DNA of 64,000 nt, from the NCBI GenBank assembly GCA_965228735.1, contig OZ245838.1:3968001-4032000 (forward strand). The letters run 5' to 3'. Under the pieces are notes generated by a model that saw only the letters and a list, made by a program, of their open reading frames with translations, made no database searches and was not told the origin of the DNA. The DNA comes from Planctomycetota bacterium (lineage in GTDB: Bacteria; Planctomycetota; UBA1135; UBA2386). The position numbers were made by a program, and so were the translations under genes. Shown here piece after piece: positions 28,871-37,922 of this stretch (position 1 is the first letter of the stretch; each line of letters opens with the position of its first letter).

Positions 28871-30715
28871 ATGCCCAAAGAGCGCGATACCTCCCCGGCT
28901 TCCCAGGAACGGCCCGTCACCGCCATGGCGGGCCGCGACCAGGCGACGTTCGACGTCGTCATCTGCGGCGGCGGATTGTCCGGCCTCCTGCTCGCCCGGC
29001 AGTTGCGCCAGCAGCAGCCCGACCGCTCGGTCGCGCTCATCGAACGCACCACCCGGCCGCTGCCGGACGGCTGTCACAAGGTGGGCGAATCGTCGGTCGA
29101 GCTCGGCTGTCAGTACATCGAAGAGCTCGGACTCGAGCAGTACATGCTCGACCGGCAGCTCGTGAAGCTCGGCCTTCGGTTCTTCCCGGGCGGCGGCGAT
29201 CGGCCGCTGCACGAACGCACCGAGATCGGACCGTGCGCGGAGCCCGTCGTGAAGTCGTACCAGATGGACCGCGGCCGGCTCGAGAACGACCTGCGCGACT
29301 TCAACGAGGCCGATGGCGTCACGATGCTCGAGGGCCGCAAGGTCACGACCATCGAGCTGCGCCAGGGTGACGAGCTGCACGACATCGCGTACGAGTTGAT
29401 TGCGGATGGGGCGATGGCGGACGGGGCCTCGAGCGGCCAGCTCACGGCGCGCTGGGTCGTCGACGCCACCGGTCGCCAGGCGCTGCTGCGCAAGCGGATG
29501 AAGAGCACGCGGGGCTCACCGCACACGGCCAACGCGAGCTGGTTCCGCATCGAGGGCCGCGTCGGGCCGAACGACCTCGTGCCCGCGAGCGAGACCGAGT
29601 GGCACGCGCGGCCGGTCGCGGACGAGCGCTGGCGTTCGACCAACCACTTCATGGGCCCGGGCTACTGGGCCTGGTTGATCCCGCTGTCGACCGGCATGAC
29701 GAGCGTCGGTCTCGTGCTGCACGAAGAACTGCACGATCCCAAGGTCGTCGCCGGGATCGACAACACGATGGCGTTCCTGCGCGAGCACGAACCGCACCTC
29801 GCGAAGGCGCTCGAGGGTCACGAGGTGAAGGACTTCTTGTGCCTCGGCAAGTACAGCCACCAGGTCGCGCGCGCGTGGTCGCCGGATCGCTGGGCGCTCG
29901 TCGGCGAAGCCGGCGCGTTCGTCGATCCGCTCTACAGCCCGGGCACCGACTACATCGCGTTCGCCAACAACTTCACCGCCGAGCTCATCCGCCGCGACTT
30001 CGCGGGCGAGGAGTGGCTCGCGCAGTGCACGCACCTCAACTACCTCTACCGCGCGCTCGTGAGCGGGGCCATCGACCTGTTTCGCCAGTCGGCACCGGTC
30101 TATGGCCATCCGTCCGCGATGGTCGCCAAGATCTACTGGGACAACCTGTCCTACTGGTCGTTCACCTGCCACCTGTCGCAGCAGGAGATCTACAAGCTGT
30201 CGCCCGAGGAGTACCAGCCCTACGGCGAGATCGGCTCACGCCTCGCCGAGCTCGGCAACTACATCCAGAACTGGCTGCGCGAGTGGGCGCTCGCGGCGCC
30301 GGAAGAGCAGACCCCGAAGTTCTTCGGTGCGCCCCATTTCCCATCCGTGCACATCGACGCGCACATGAAGGTCGGCAACAAGATGTCGCTGCCGGAGACG
30401 CTCGAGTACATGCGCATGCGGCGGCAGCAGATCGAGGACGCGGCGGCCGAGATCGTGCTGCGCACGCTGCGTAAGGTCGGCCCCGAGACCGGCGCCGAGA
30501 TCCTGAAGCGAACCGGTTTCCACGACTGGAACTTCGAGATCCCGGCCGAGCGCATCGAGACGGAGCTCCTGAGCGGCCAGGCCCGACGGCTGCGGATGGG
30601 CATCATCGCGCGCGACGCGGAACGGTCGCTCGGCCGCATCGAGCCGCATGGCCGCTACCCCGAGGCCCTCGCGCTGCTGTCGCAGGGCGAGAGCGCCACG
30701 AGCGCGGTGACCTGA
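28871..30715 (+). CDS. Flavin-dependent halogenase-like protein
   Basis: GGGLSG FAD motif, KVGES, conserved Lys in LVKLGLRFF, WAWLIPL (WxWxIP), FVDPLYSPG. Confidence 0.85.
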   Translation: MPKERDTSPASQERPVTAMAGRDQATFDVVICGGGLSGLLLARQLRQQQPDRSVALIERTTRPLPDGCHKVGESSVELGCQYIEELGLEQYMLDRQLVKLGLRFFPGGGDRPLHERTEIGPCAEPVVKSYQMDRGRLENDLRDFNEADGVTMLEGRKVTTIELRQGDELHDIAYELIADGAMADGASSGQLTARWVVDATGRQALLRKRMKSTRGSPHTANASWFRIEGRVGPNDLVPASETEWHARPVADERWRSTNHFMGPGYWAWLIPLSTGMTSVGLVLHEELHDPKVVAGIDNTMAFLREHEPHLAKALEGHEVKDFLCLGKYSHQVARAWSPDRWALVGEAGAFVDPLYSPGTDYIAFANNFTAELIRRDFAGEEWLAQCTHLNYLYRALVSGAIDLFRQSAPVYGHPSAMVAKIYWDNLSYWSFTCHLSQQEIYKLSPEEYQPYGEIGSRLAELGNYIQNWLREWALAAPEEQTPKFFGAPHFPSVHIDAHMKVGNKMSLPETLEYMRMRRQQIEDAAAEIVLRTLRKVGPETGAEILKRTGFHDWNFEIPAERIETELLSGQARRLRMGIIARDAERSLGRIEPHGRYPEALALLSQGESATSAVT

Positions 30716-30724
30716 GGCGGAGCC

Positions 30725-31759
30725 CTGGCCGACTCCGGACAACCGCCGTCCCAGAACCCCGCCGACCACCTGCTCCATCTGCTCGGCGGCAAGCACCGCG
30801 CACAGGCGCTCTCGACCGCGGCCGCGCTGGGGATCGCCGATCGACTCCGAGAACGGCAACCGCAGACCGCGAACGAGCTGGCCGATGCGATCGGCTCGGC
30901 GGACCCGGACGCGCTGGCGAGCCTGCTGCAACTGCTGGCCGGCCTCGGCTACCTGCAGCAACCGGAGCCCGGCGCGTTCGCGCTCACATCGCACGGCGAA
31001 CTGCTCTGCGCCGACGCGCTCGGCCCGTTCGCCGCGTTCCTCGGCAGCCCCGAGCAATGGGATCCATGGTCGCGGCTGCGCGACACGCTGACCGATCCGC
31101 AGAACAGTGGCCGAACGCCGTTCGAACTCAGCAACGGCGCGCCGCTCTACGAGCACATGGCGCAGGACCCGGCCGCGGCGGCGCGCTACGACCGCGCGAT
31201 CGACGCGTTCACCCGCCACGAGGCCCGCCTGCTCGTCGAGCGCTTCCCCGATGGTGTGACGGGCACCATCGTCGACGTCGGCGGCGGGCGCGGCACGCTG
31301 CTGCACGAACTGCTGCCGGCCTGGCCGAGCGCGCGCGGCGTGCTGTTCGACCTGCCGCACGTGATCGCGGCGGCACCGGCGGCGGCACCGGCCGAGCTGC
31401 GCGACCGACTCGACTTCGTCGCCGGCGACTTCTTCGAGACGATGCCCGGCGGCGCTGAGCTCTACATCGTGAAGCACGTGCTGCACAACTGGGACGATGA
31501 CCGCGCCGTCGCACTGCTGCAGCGTTGCCGAGCTGCGATGGCCGAGGGTGGTCGCGTTCTCGTGATCGACGCCGTTCTCGCGCCGGACAGTCGGCCCGAT
31601 CTCGCGCGTCTGCTCGACCTCGAGATGCGGGTCCTGACCGCCGGTCGCGAACGCCGCAAGCCGGAGATCCGGCGCTTGTTCACGCGCGCGGGGTTGCGCC
31701 TTACCGACGTCGAGCAGCTGACCGCGGCCAGCTGGATGCTGCTCGGCACGCGGGCCTGA
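30725..31759 (+). CDS. O-methyltransferase (dimerisation domain + Methyltransf_2); start uncertain (CTG or read-through)
   Basis: Frame open from 30716: ALSTAAALGIADRL dimerisation domain, VDVGGGRG, FDLP, GDFF, KHVLHNW; first ATG/GTG/TTG only at 31157. Confidence 0.85.
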   Translation: MADSGQPPSQNPADHLLHLLGGKHRAQALSTAAALGIADRLRERQPQTANELADAIGSADPDALASLLQLLAGLGYLQQPEPGAFALTSHGELLCADALGPFAAFLGSPEQWDPWSRLRDTLTDPQNSGRTPFELSNGAPLYEHMAQDPAAAARYDRAIDAFTRHEARLLVERFPDGVTGTIVDVGGGRGTLLHELLPAWPSARGVLFDLPHVIAAAPAAAPAELRDRLDFVAGDFFETMPGGAELYIVKHVLHNWDDDRAVALLQRCRAAMAEGGRVLVIDAVLAPDSRPDLARLLDLEMRVLTAGRERRKPEIRRLFTRAGLRLTDVEQLTAASWMLLGTRA

Positions 31760-31805
31760 ACGCCGTCGCCGAGCCGCCCGCCGCCTTCTCAACCGGGGGC
31801 CCAGA

Positions 31806-32240
31806 TCAACCGGGAGGCTGCGTGCCGTGCACGAGCGTCAGCGTCGACGTCGCGACGGTCGCACCGGCCTCGTCGACGACGGAGGCTTCGAAGTGACTGA
31901 GGCTCTCCGTGCCGCGCACGCAACGTGCCTCGACGACGTACCGCGACCCGACGGGCAGACTCGGGCGGTGCACCGCCATCTGCCGGCACGCGATGACCAT
32001 GCCGACGCGCACTTCCTCGCCTTCGGCGTAGGCCTCCATGCCGAGGCACGCGGCGACGGTCTGCGCCATGTACTCGAGCGTCATCACCGCATCGACCGCG
32101 CCGTCACGGACCGTGAGTCCGTCCGGGTGGATCACGAGCCGTGCCCGCGCGCGCCCCTTCTCGTACTCGACGAGTTCGTCGAGGCCGAGCATCGGGCGCT
32201 GGTGCGGCACGAGCTCCGAGACCGACGGGAAGGCGCTCAC
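31806..32240 (-). CDS. 3-hydroxyacyl-ACP dehydratase (ApeP-like hotdog)
   Basis: ELVPHQRPMLGLD, LEYMAQTVAA, GMVIACR. Confidence 0.85.
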   Translation of the reverse strand: MSAFPSVSELVPHQRPMLGLDELVEYEKGRARARLVIHPDGLTVRDGAVDAVMTLEYMAQTVAACLGMEAYAEGEEVRVGMVIACRQMAVHRPSLPVGSRYVVEARCVRGTESLSHFEASVVDEAGATVATSTLTLVHGTQPPG

Positions 32241-33037
32241 TGCTGACCACCTTCGGGGTCGCGGATCTCGGCGCAGTAGCCGCGCCCGTGCCCGCGATCG
32301 AGCGCGACCACGCCCCGTTCCTCGCGAGCGATCGCGGCGACGAGATCGAACATCCCGACAGTGGGGTTGCCGGCCAACGCATCCTCGCCCGCGGGCTCGA
32401 GGCTGGCGGGCGCAGCCTCGCCGTCACTCACCAGCTGCAACCTCGCAAGACCACCTTCGCCTGCCGGAGCGAGCACGAGCGCCGCCGCGAGCATGTCCCA
32501 GTTGGGATCATCCTTGCTCATCAGGCTGCGGGGCGACGCCTCGTCGGCACAGACCACGACGACCGGACCGCCGGTCGTCGCGACGAGGGCGGCACCCTCG
32601 AGCAGCGCCGCGAACGGCGTGTCGCGGTCCGCCGCGAGCGAAGTCGTGAACCCGACGTTCTTCTTGGCGATGGAGATCATCCCGCTCGCGGCGTTGTGCA
32701 CGCTGACCGTGAACGCCGCGGGCGACATCGGCTCGCGCGTGCGCCACATCGAGTCGAGCAACCCGATCATCGTCGACGCCTCGCCGACCGCCGAGCCGAC
32801 GATCACGGGCGTCGTGACGGGATCGACCCCCGCCGCGGTAACGGCCTCTTCGACCGCGTCGCCGATCGCGCGACCGAGCGAGCTGACCCGCCGCCGCCCG
32901 CGCTTGTCGAACGCGAGCCCGATCGGCTTGAGCTCGCCCGGTGCGCGATCGTCGTTACGAAACGCGCTCGCCGACGCGTAGTGCATCGTCCAGAGGCCGA
33001 TGCCGGTGACGTGGACGTGGACGGCAGCCTCGGTCAT
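32237..33037 (-). CDS. Ketosynthase chain-length factor (ApeC-like)
   Basis: RRRVSSLGR, SPAAFTVSVHNAASG; no catalytic Cys. Confidence 0.85.
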   Translation of the reverse strand: MTEAAVHVHVTGIGLWTMHYASASAFRNDDRAPGELKPIGLAFDKRGRRRVSSLGRAIGDAVEEAVTAAGVDPVTTPVIVGSAVGEASTMIGLLDSMWRTREPMSPAAFTVSVHNAASGMISIAKKNVGFTTSLAADRDTPFAALLEGAALVATTGGPVVVVCADEASPRSLMSKDDPNWDMLAAALVLAPAGEGGLARLQLVSDGEAAPASLEPAGEDALAGNPTVGMFDLVAAIAREERGVVALDRGHGRGYCAEIRDPEGGQQ

Positions 33038-34215
33038 GGCGCCCCCACGATCAGACTGACGTTGTTGCCGCCGAACGCGAACGAGTTGCTCAACACCCGC
33101 CGGATCGTGCCGCTGGTCTTGGAGTTCGGAATCGTGAGCTCGACCGCGGGGTCCACGGGGTCCACCGCGAGCGCCGGCGGGATCCAACCCTCCTCGATCG
33201 CCAGAGCGGCCATGACGAACTCGATGGCCGCGGCCGCGCCGAGCGTGTGGCCGGTGTACGCCTTGGTCGATACGACCGGCACGTCGCGGCCGAGGGTGGC
33301 CGCGATCGCCTTGGATTCGGCAGTGTCGTTGAGGTGCGTGCCGGTCCCGTGCGCGTTCACGTGATCGATGTCGGACGCCGCGCACCCGGCCTCGGCGAGC
33401 GCCGCGGTCATCGCGGCGCGCGCGCCCGCGCCCTCGGGATGCGGCGCGCTGATGTGATAGGAGTCGGAGGTCTCACCGACGCCCTCGACGACCACCCGCG
33501 CATCACCCTCGCGTTCGACGAGCGCGAACGCGCCGCCCTCGCCGATGCTGATGCCGTTGCGCTCCGCCGAGAACGGGCGGCACGGCACCTGATCGAGCGC
33601 CTGTAGCGACTGGAAGCCCTGCAGCGTCATGCTGCAGAGTGTGTCCATGCCGCCGACGATGGCCGCATCGACCAGCCCGGCCGCGATGAGCCGACGCGCG
33701 GTCGCGAACGACTTGCCGCTCGACGTGCACGCCGTCGAGATCATCCACGACGGGCCGCGCGCACCCGAAAGCTCGCGGACGACGTGCAGCGCCGCACCGA
33801 ACGTATGCTGCCGATGGAAGTCGTAGCGCCCCGGGAAGTGCCCGTGTTCCACGAGCTCGCGGTAGGCGACCTCCGTCGTCTCGGCCCCGGCCGTGCTCGT
33901 GCCGAGGATCACGGCGATGCGTTCGGGCCGCCAGCGTTCGCGCGCGCGCCCGAGCGGCTCGCCGAGATCCTGCACGAGCTGCGCGGCCATCCGCGACAAC
34001 CTGGTCGACCACGGCAGCAACCGTTCGGGGAGTTCCGGCAGTTCCGTCCCGACCGCGCCGACGGCCGTCTTGAAGTCGAGCGGGATCGGCGAGTCGCCGA
34101 GTCCCGTCCGCCCGGCCGCGAGGGCGTCGAGGTGCGCCGCGCGGCCGTGGCCGAGTGCGCTGAGGACGCTGTAGCCGGTCACGGGCAGCGGTCGAAACGT
34201 CGAAGCAGTCGGCAT
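33034..34215 (-). CDS. Beta-ketoacyl-ACP synthase (ApeO-like)
   Basis: STACTSS, NAHGTGT..ND, STK.YTGHTLGAA, NSFAFGGNN. Confidence 0.95.
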   Translation of the reverse strand: MPTASTFRPLPVTGYSVLSALGHGRAAHLDALAAGRTGLGDSPIPLDFKTAVGAVGTELPELPERLLPWSTRLSRMAAQLVQDLGEPLGRARERWRPERIAVILGTSTAGAETTEVAYRELVEHGHFPGRYDFHRQHTFGAALHVVRELSGARGPSWMISTACTSSGKSFATARRLIAAGLVDAAIVGGMDTLCSMTLQGFQSLQALDQVPCRPFSAERNGISIGEGGAFALVEREGDARVVVEGVGETSDSYHISAPHPEGAGARAAMTAALAEAGCAASDIDHVNAHGTGTHLNDTAESKAIAATLGRDVPVVSTKAYTGHTLGAAAAIEFVMAALAIEEGWIPPALAVDPVDPAVELTIPNSKTSGTIRRVLSNSFAFGGNNVSLIVGAP

Positions 34216-34240
34216 GCAGTGATCTCGCGATCTCGCCGCG

Positions 34241-35530
34241 TCAGGCTCGCACCGAGCCGGCCCGACGGCGCGCCCGCAGCAGCATCTCCTGGAACGGGTT
34301 GCCCGTGCGCCAGACATCGCCGGCGAGGACGCTCATGACGCCGCTGCGCAGCTCCATGTCCGTGTTGTCGCCGAGGAACATCGTCTCGGCGAAGTGTGAG
34401 TTGTAGAAGCGCTCGATGAGCCCGGCGAACGTGCGATACGCCCGGTCCATGCTCGCGTGGTGTTCGTCGAGCAGTGCCGGGTCCGCTTCCGTACCATTGG
34501 CGAGTGCCGGTCCGACGACGTTCGCGATGCTCGCGGCCGCCCGCAGAGCGAGCGTGACACCGGACGAGAACACCGGGTCGAGGAAGCACGCCGCGTCGCC
34601 CGCGGCCGCGAACCGCGCGCCATGGGCCTTGGTGTTACGATAGCTGAAGTTGCCGACCACCCGCGTCTCCTCGCGGGTCGCCGACCGCGTGAGCCGCTGC
34701 GCGAGGGGACCGCTGAGCAGGCCCGCATCGAGCTCTTCGCGCGTCATCTTGCCCTGGCTCACCATGCCGATGCTCACCCGCCGATCCGGCAACGGGATGA
34801 TCCATCCCCACCCTTCGGCGCGCAGCATGATCCGGATGTCGAAATCCGGCCCGAGCTCCGCGGTATCGGCGTTGGCGAAGTGCGTGAACGCCGCGGAGTG
34901 GCCGAACTGACTGTAGTGCTCGACGGCGTCCGCCCGCCGGGCCAGGAGCCGCGACTGCCCCGAGGCATCGATCAGATACCGCGCCCGGAACCGCCGCGTC
35001 GCGCCGGTCGCGTCGCGGGTCTCGGCCCAGGCCGCGTGCGGACCAGATCCGTGTTGACCAGATCCGTGTTGGCCAGAGGGCTCCGCGTCGACCCCCGCGT
35101 CGATCACCGTCTCACCATGCCGCACCTCGGCGCCGAGCTCACGCGCGCGATCCCGGAGCTGGGTGTCGAACGTCGCGCGCGTGACGTGCCACGCGTGCGG
35201 CGGACAGCCCGGCAGCGCCTCGTCGAAGCCGAACGCCTGCTCGCGTTTCGTCGCCTCGCAGACGAAGCGTGCGCCGCGCTTGTAGACGAACGTGTCGGGG
35301 GCGGACTCGATCCCGAGCTCCTCGAGCACCGGCAGGCACGCGGGCAGCAGCGACTCACCGATCCGGAAGCGCGGAAACTCCTCGCGCTCGAGCACGAGCA
35401 CGTCGTGCCCCTGCCGCGCGAGCAGCCCGGCCACGGCCGTGCCCGCAGGCCCGCCCCCCAATACGAGGACATCGCGGACGAGGACATCGCGGACCATGAC
35501 GTCGCGTTCGCCGGTATCGGTCGCCGCCAT
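34241..35530 (-). CDS. FAD-dependent oxidoreductase / halogenase-like protein
   Basis: GGGPAG, PRFRIGESLLP, YKRGA, WGWIIPL, GDAACFLDPVFSSGV. Confidence 0.88.
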   Translation of the reverse strand: MAATDTGERDVMVRDVLVRDVLVLGGGPAGTAVAGLLARQGHDVLVLEREEFPRFRIGESLLPACLPVLEELGIESAPDTFVYKRGARFVCEATKREQAFGFDEALPGCPPHAWHVTRATFDTQLRDRARELGAEVRHGETVIDAGVDAEPSGQHGSGQHGSGPHAAWAETRDATGATRRFRARYLIDASGQSRLLARRADAVEHYSQFGHSAAFTHFANADTAELGPDFDIRIMLRAEGWGWIIPLPDRRVSIGMVSQGKMTREELDAGLLSGPLAQRLTRSATREETRVVGNFSYRNTKAHGARFAAAGDAACFLDPVFSSGVTLALRAAASIANVVGPALANGTEADPALLDEHHASMDRAYRTFAGLIERFYNSHFAETMFLGDNTDMELRSGVMSVLAGDVWRTGNPFQEMLLRARRRAGSVRA

Positions 35531-36276
35531 CAGCCGAATCCTCCATCGATCCCGATGGATTGCCCCGTGATGTAGGCCGCGTCGTCGGACGCCAGGAATC
35601 CGACGAGCGCGGCGACCTCCTCCGGCCGCCCGACGCGCTGCATCGGAATCTGCTTCGTCACGAAGTCGGGCACGCCCTCGATCATAGCGGTGTCGATCAG
35701 CCCGGGTGCGACGGCGTTGACGGTGATCTTGCGCTTGGCGAGTTCCATCGCGAGCGCGCGCGTCGCGCCCACGATCCCGGCCTTGGCGGCGGCATAGTTG
35801 ACCTGGCCGCGGTTGCCGCGCGTCGCCGAGATCGACGACATGTTGATGATGCGACCCCACTTCCGCTGCACCATCTGCATCACGAGCGGATGGGTGACGT
35901 GGTAGAAGCCGTCGAGCGACGTCCGCAGCACCGCGTGCCAGTCGTCGAGCGCGAGCGCCGGGAACGCGTTGTCCCGCACGACGCCGGCGTTGTTCACGAG
36001 CACGCCGATCGGGCGTTCGTCGGTGAGCAGCTCCTCGATCGCGGCGCCCGTGGCCGCGCCGTCACCGACGTCGAACTGGCGCGCCACCGCCTCGCCGCCG
36101 CCAGCTGTGATCGACTCCACGATGGCCTGCGCGCCGGCTTCGTCACGGTTGAAGTTGACGATTACGGGATGCCCCATCGCGCCGAGGCGGCGGGCGATCG
36201 CCGCACCGATGCCCTTGCTCGCGCCCGTGACGAGCGCCCGCGTCGCGCGGGCCCGATCGTTCGTAGCCACCGTCAT
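35530..36276 (-). CDS. fabG: 3-oxoacyl-ACP reductase (ApeQ/FabG-like)
   Basis: TGASKGIG, NNAG, GQVNYAAAK, NAVAPGLIDT. Confidence 0.92.
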   Translation of the reverse strand: MTVATNDRARATRALVTGASKGIGAAIARRLGAMGHPVIVNFNRDEAGAQAIVESITAGGGEAVARQFDVGDGAATGAAIEELLTDERPIGVLVNNAGVVRDNAFPALALDDWHAVLRTSLDGFYHVTHPLVMQMVQRKWGRIINMSSISATRGNRGQVNYAAAKAGIVGATRALAMELAKRKITVNAVAPGLIDTAMIEGVPDFVTKQIPMQRVGRPEEVAALVGFLASDDAAYITGQSIGIDGGFG

Positions 36277-36869
36277 TGCACCTCCAGGACGCGACCAGCC
36301 GCGTCGAAGTGGACGCGCACCGGCGACCTATCGTCGCGCCAGTACTTCCAGACGGTGCTGGAGAGCGAGATCGTGCCGCTCTGCGGCGGTGGTCCGAACG
36401 CCGCGAGCACGGCCTTCTTCGTCATGCCCGGCAGAACCTGCCCGGTCTCGATCGCGCGCTGTTCCGCGCCGCCGAACTCGCTGAGATCGATCGGCTTCGG
36501 CGCGAGGACCTGGCGGTAGGCGTCCCACAGCGAACCGCCGGTCGCGCGCGGGTCGTTCTGCACGATCAGCGTGCTGCCGTCCTCGGTTCGCAGCTCGATC
36601 GTGTCCCCGCCGCTCTGCAGCAGTTCGACCTTCGTGTTGATCGGCACGAAGCGGCAGCCCTCGAAGAACAGGGCGGGCAGCGCCGGCCGGAGATTGCGGG
36701 TGTCGTGCACGCCGTCCTGACTGTAGAGCGAGTAGCGCGTGTAGTGCTCGCCTTCGACGATCGCCGCACGATTCGACATCACGCACCCGGCACCGACGAC
36801 GAGCAGCCCGGTAGCCGTAACGACGGCGAACATCACCGCGGCAACGCGACGAGGGGAGAACCGGGGCAT
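36273..36869 (-). CDS. Hypothetical lipoprotein
   Basis: VVGAGC lipobox; AIETGQVLPGMTKKAVLAAFGPP..W.YW (BamE/SmpA-like tail); overlaps the fabG start. Confidence 0.75.
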   Translation of the reverse strand: MPRFSPRRVAAVMFAVVTATGLLVVGAGCVMSNRAAIVEGEHYTRYSLYSQDGVHDTRNLRPALPALFFEGCRFVPINTKVELLQSGGDTIELRTEDGSTLIVQNDPRATGGSLWDAYRQVLAPKPIDLSEFGGAEQRAIETGQVLPGMTKKAVLAAFGPPPQSGTISLSSTVWKYWRDDRSPVRVHFDAAGRVLEVQ

Positions 36870-36914
36870 CCGGCCCAAACTACGGGACCCGAAGGGCCGT
36901 GCAAGCGCGACCGC

Positions 36915-37874
36915 CTACTCGCGGGTCCGCAACGTCTGCTGGCGCGTCCGGTCGAGTTCGAGGCGCAGCACGTCGGGCCGGGCGTAGTGGCCCGCGGGGT
37001 CGAAGTTCTGCCGCTCCCGGCGCACCGCGGCGGGATCGAGCACGGCGGTGATCAGGCGTTCTTCTCCAGTGACCGGCTCCACGACGAACTCTCCGTCCGG
37101 CCCCGCGATGCACGAGCCGCCGTCGGCCGAGACCGCAGGTAGCGCCGCCCGCAGTTCGGCCGCGTACGGGATGTGGTCCGGGACGTCCTCCCGCCGCATC
37201 AGCCCGCAGGCAGCCAGCGAATAGCCGCGACCTTCGCGCGCGAGGAACGGCGTGATCGGCCGGGTGTTGCGCTCGTTGCCGGGCCACAGCGCCACGTGCA
37301 GATCCTCGCCGTCGGCGTGCAGCGCCGCGCGCGGCAGCGTCATCCAGTTCTCCCAGCACGACAACCCACCGAGACGGAACGGCCCGACGTCGTGACAACG
37401 CAACCCGTGGCCGTCACCCGGCGACCAGACGAGCCGCTCTTCGTGGGTCGGCACGAGCTTTCTGTGCAACGGCAGCACCCGCCCACCCGCGTCGATCACG
37501 ACGAGCGCGCAGTAGAGCGAATGGCCGCCGCGGTCAAGCGCCCGCTCCATGCACCCGAGCACGATCGTCAGCGCATGCGCGCGGGCCAGCTCGCGCAGCC
37601 CGTCGAGGTGACCGGCCTCCGGATCGACCCCCTGGTCGAGGTAGTGGGCGTAGAGTTCCTTCTGCCACGCGTCCTCGAAGCGCGCTCCATTCGTGTGCTC
37701 GACCCAGAACGGGTAGCCGGGCACGAGCGCCTCGCCGAACACGCAGAGCCGCGCACCGCCGGCCGCGGCCCGTTCGACCCACTCAGTGACCTTGACGAAC
37801 GTGCGGTCACGATCGAGCCAGACGGGTGCGATCTGCGCGATCGCGACGGGCAGCACGGACGCGGTGGCATTCAC
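36915..37874 (-). CDS. Nitrilase (carbon-nitrogen hydrolase)
   Basis: Glu-Lys-Cys triad: GEALVPGYP, HRKLVPT, CWEN; FDPAGHYARPDV. Confidence 0.92.
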   Translation of the reverse strand: MNATASVLPVAIAQIAPVWLDRDRTFVKVTEWVERAAAGGARLCVFGEALVPGYPFWVEHTNGARFEDAWQKELYAHYLDQGVDPEAGHLDGLRELARAHALTIVLGCMERALDRGGHSLYCALVVIDAGGRVLPLHRKLVPTHEERLVWSPGDGHGLRCHDVGPFRLGGLSCWENWMTLPRAALHADGEDLHVALWPGNERNTRPITPFLAREGRGYSLAACGLMRREDVPDHIPYAAELRAALPAVSADGGSCIAGPDGEFVVEPVTGEERLITAVLDPAAVRRERQNFDPAGHYARPDVLRLELDRTRQQTLRTRE

Positions 37875-37922
37875 GGGGGCCACGATAGTGGCTCGCCGGA
37901 GCTACGCGAGCTGCGAGCTCAC

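Noticed and set aside
30716..30760. SECIS after the halogenase UGA
   Set aside because: Only weak alternative GC stems with no GUC loop like the other two, and the position is a linker rather than a Cys site
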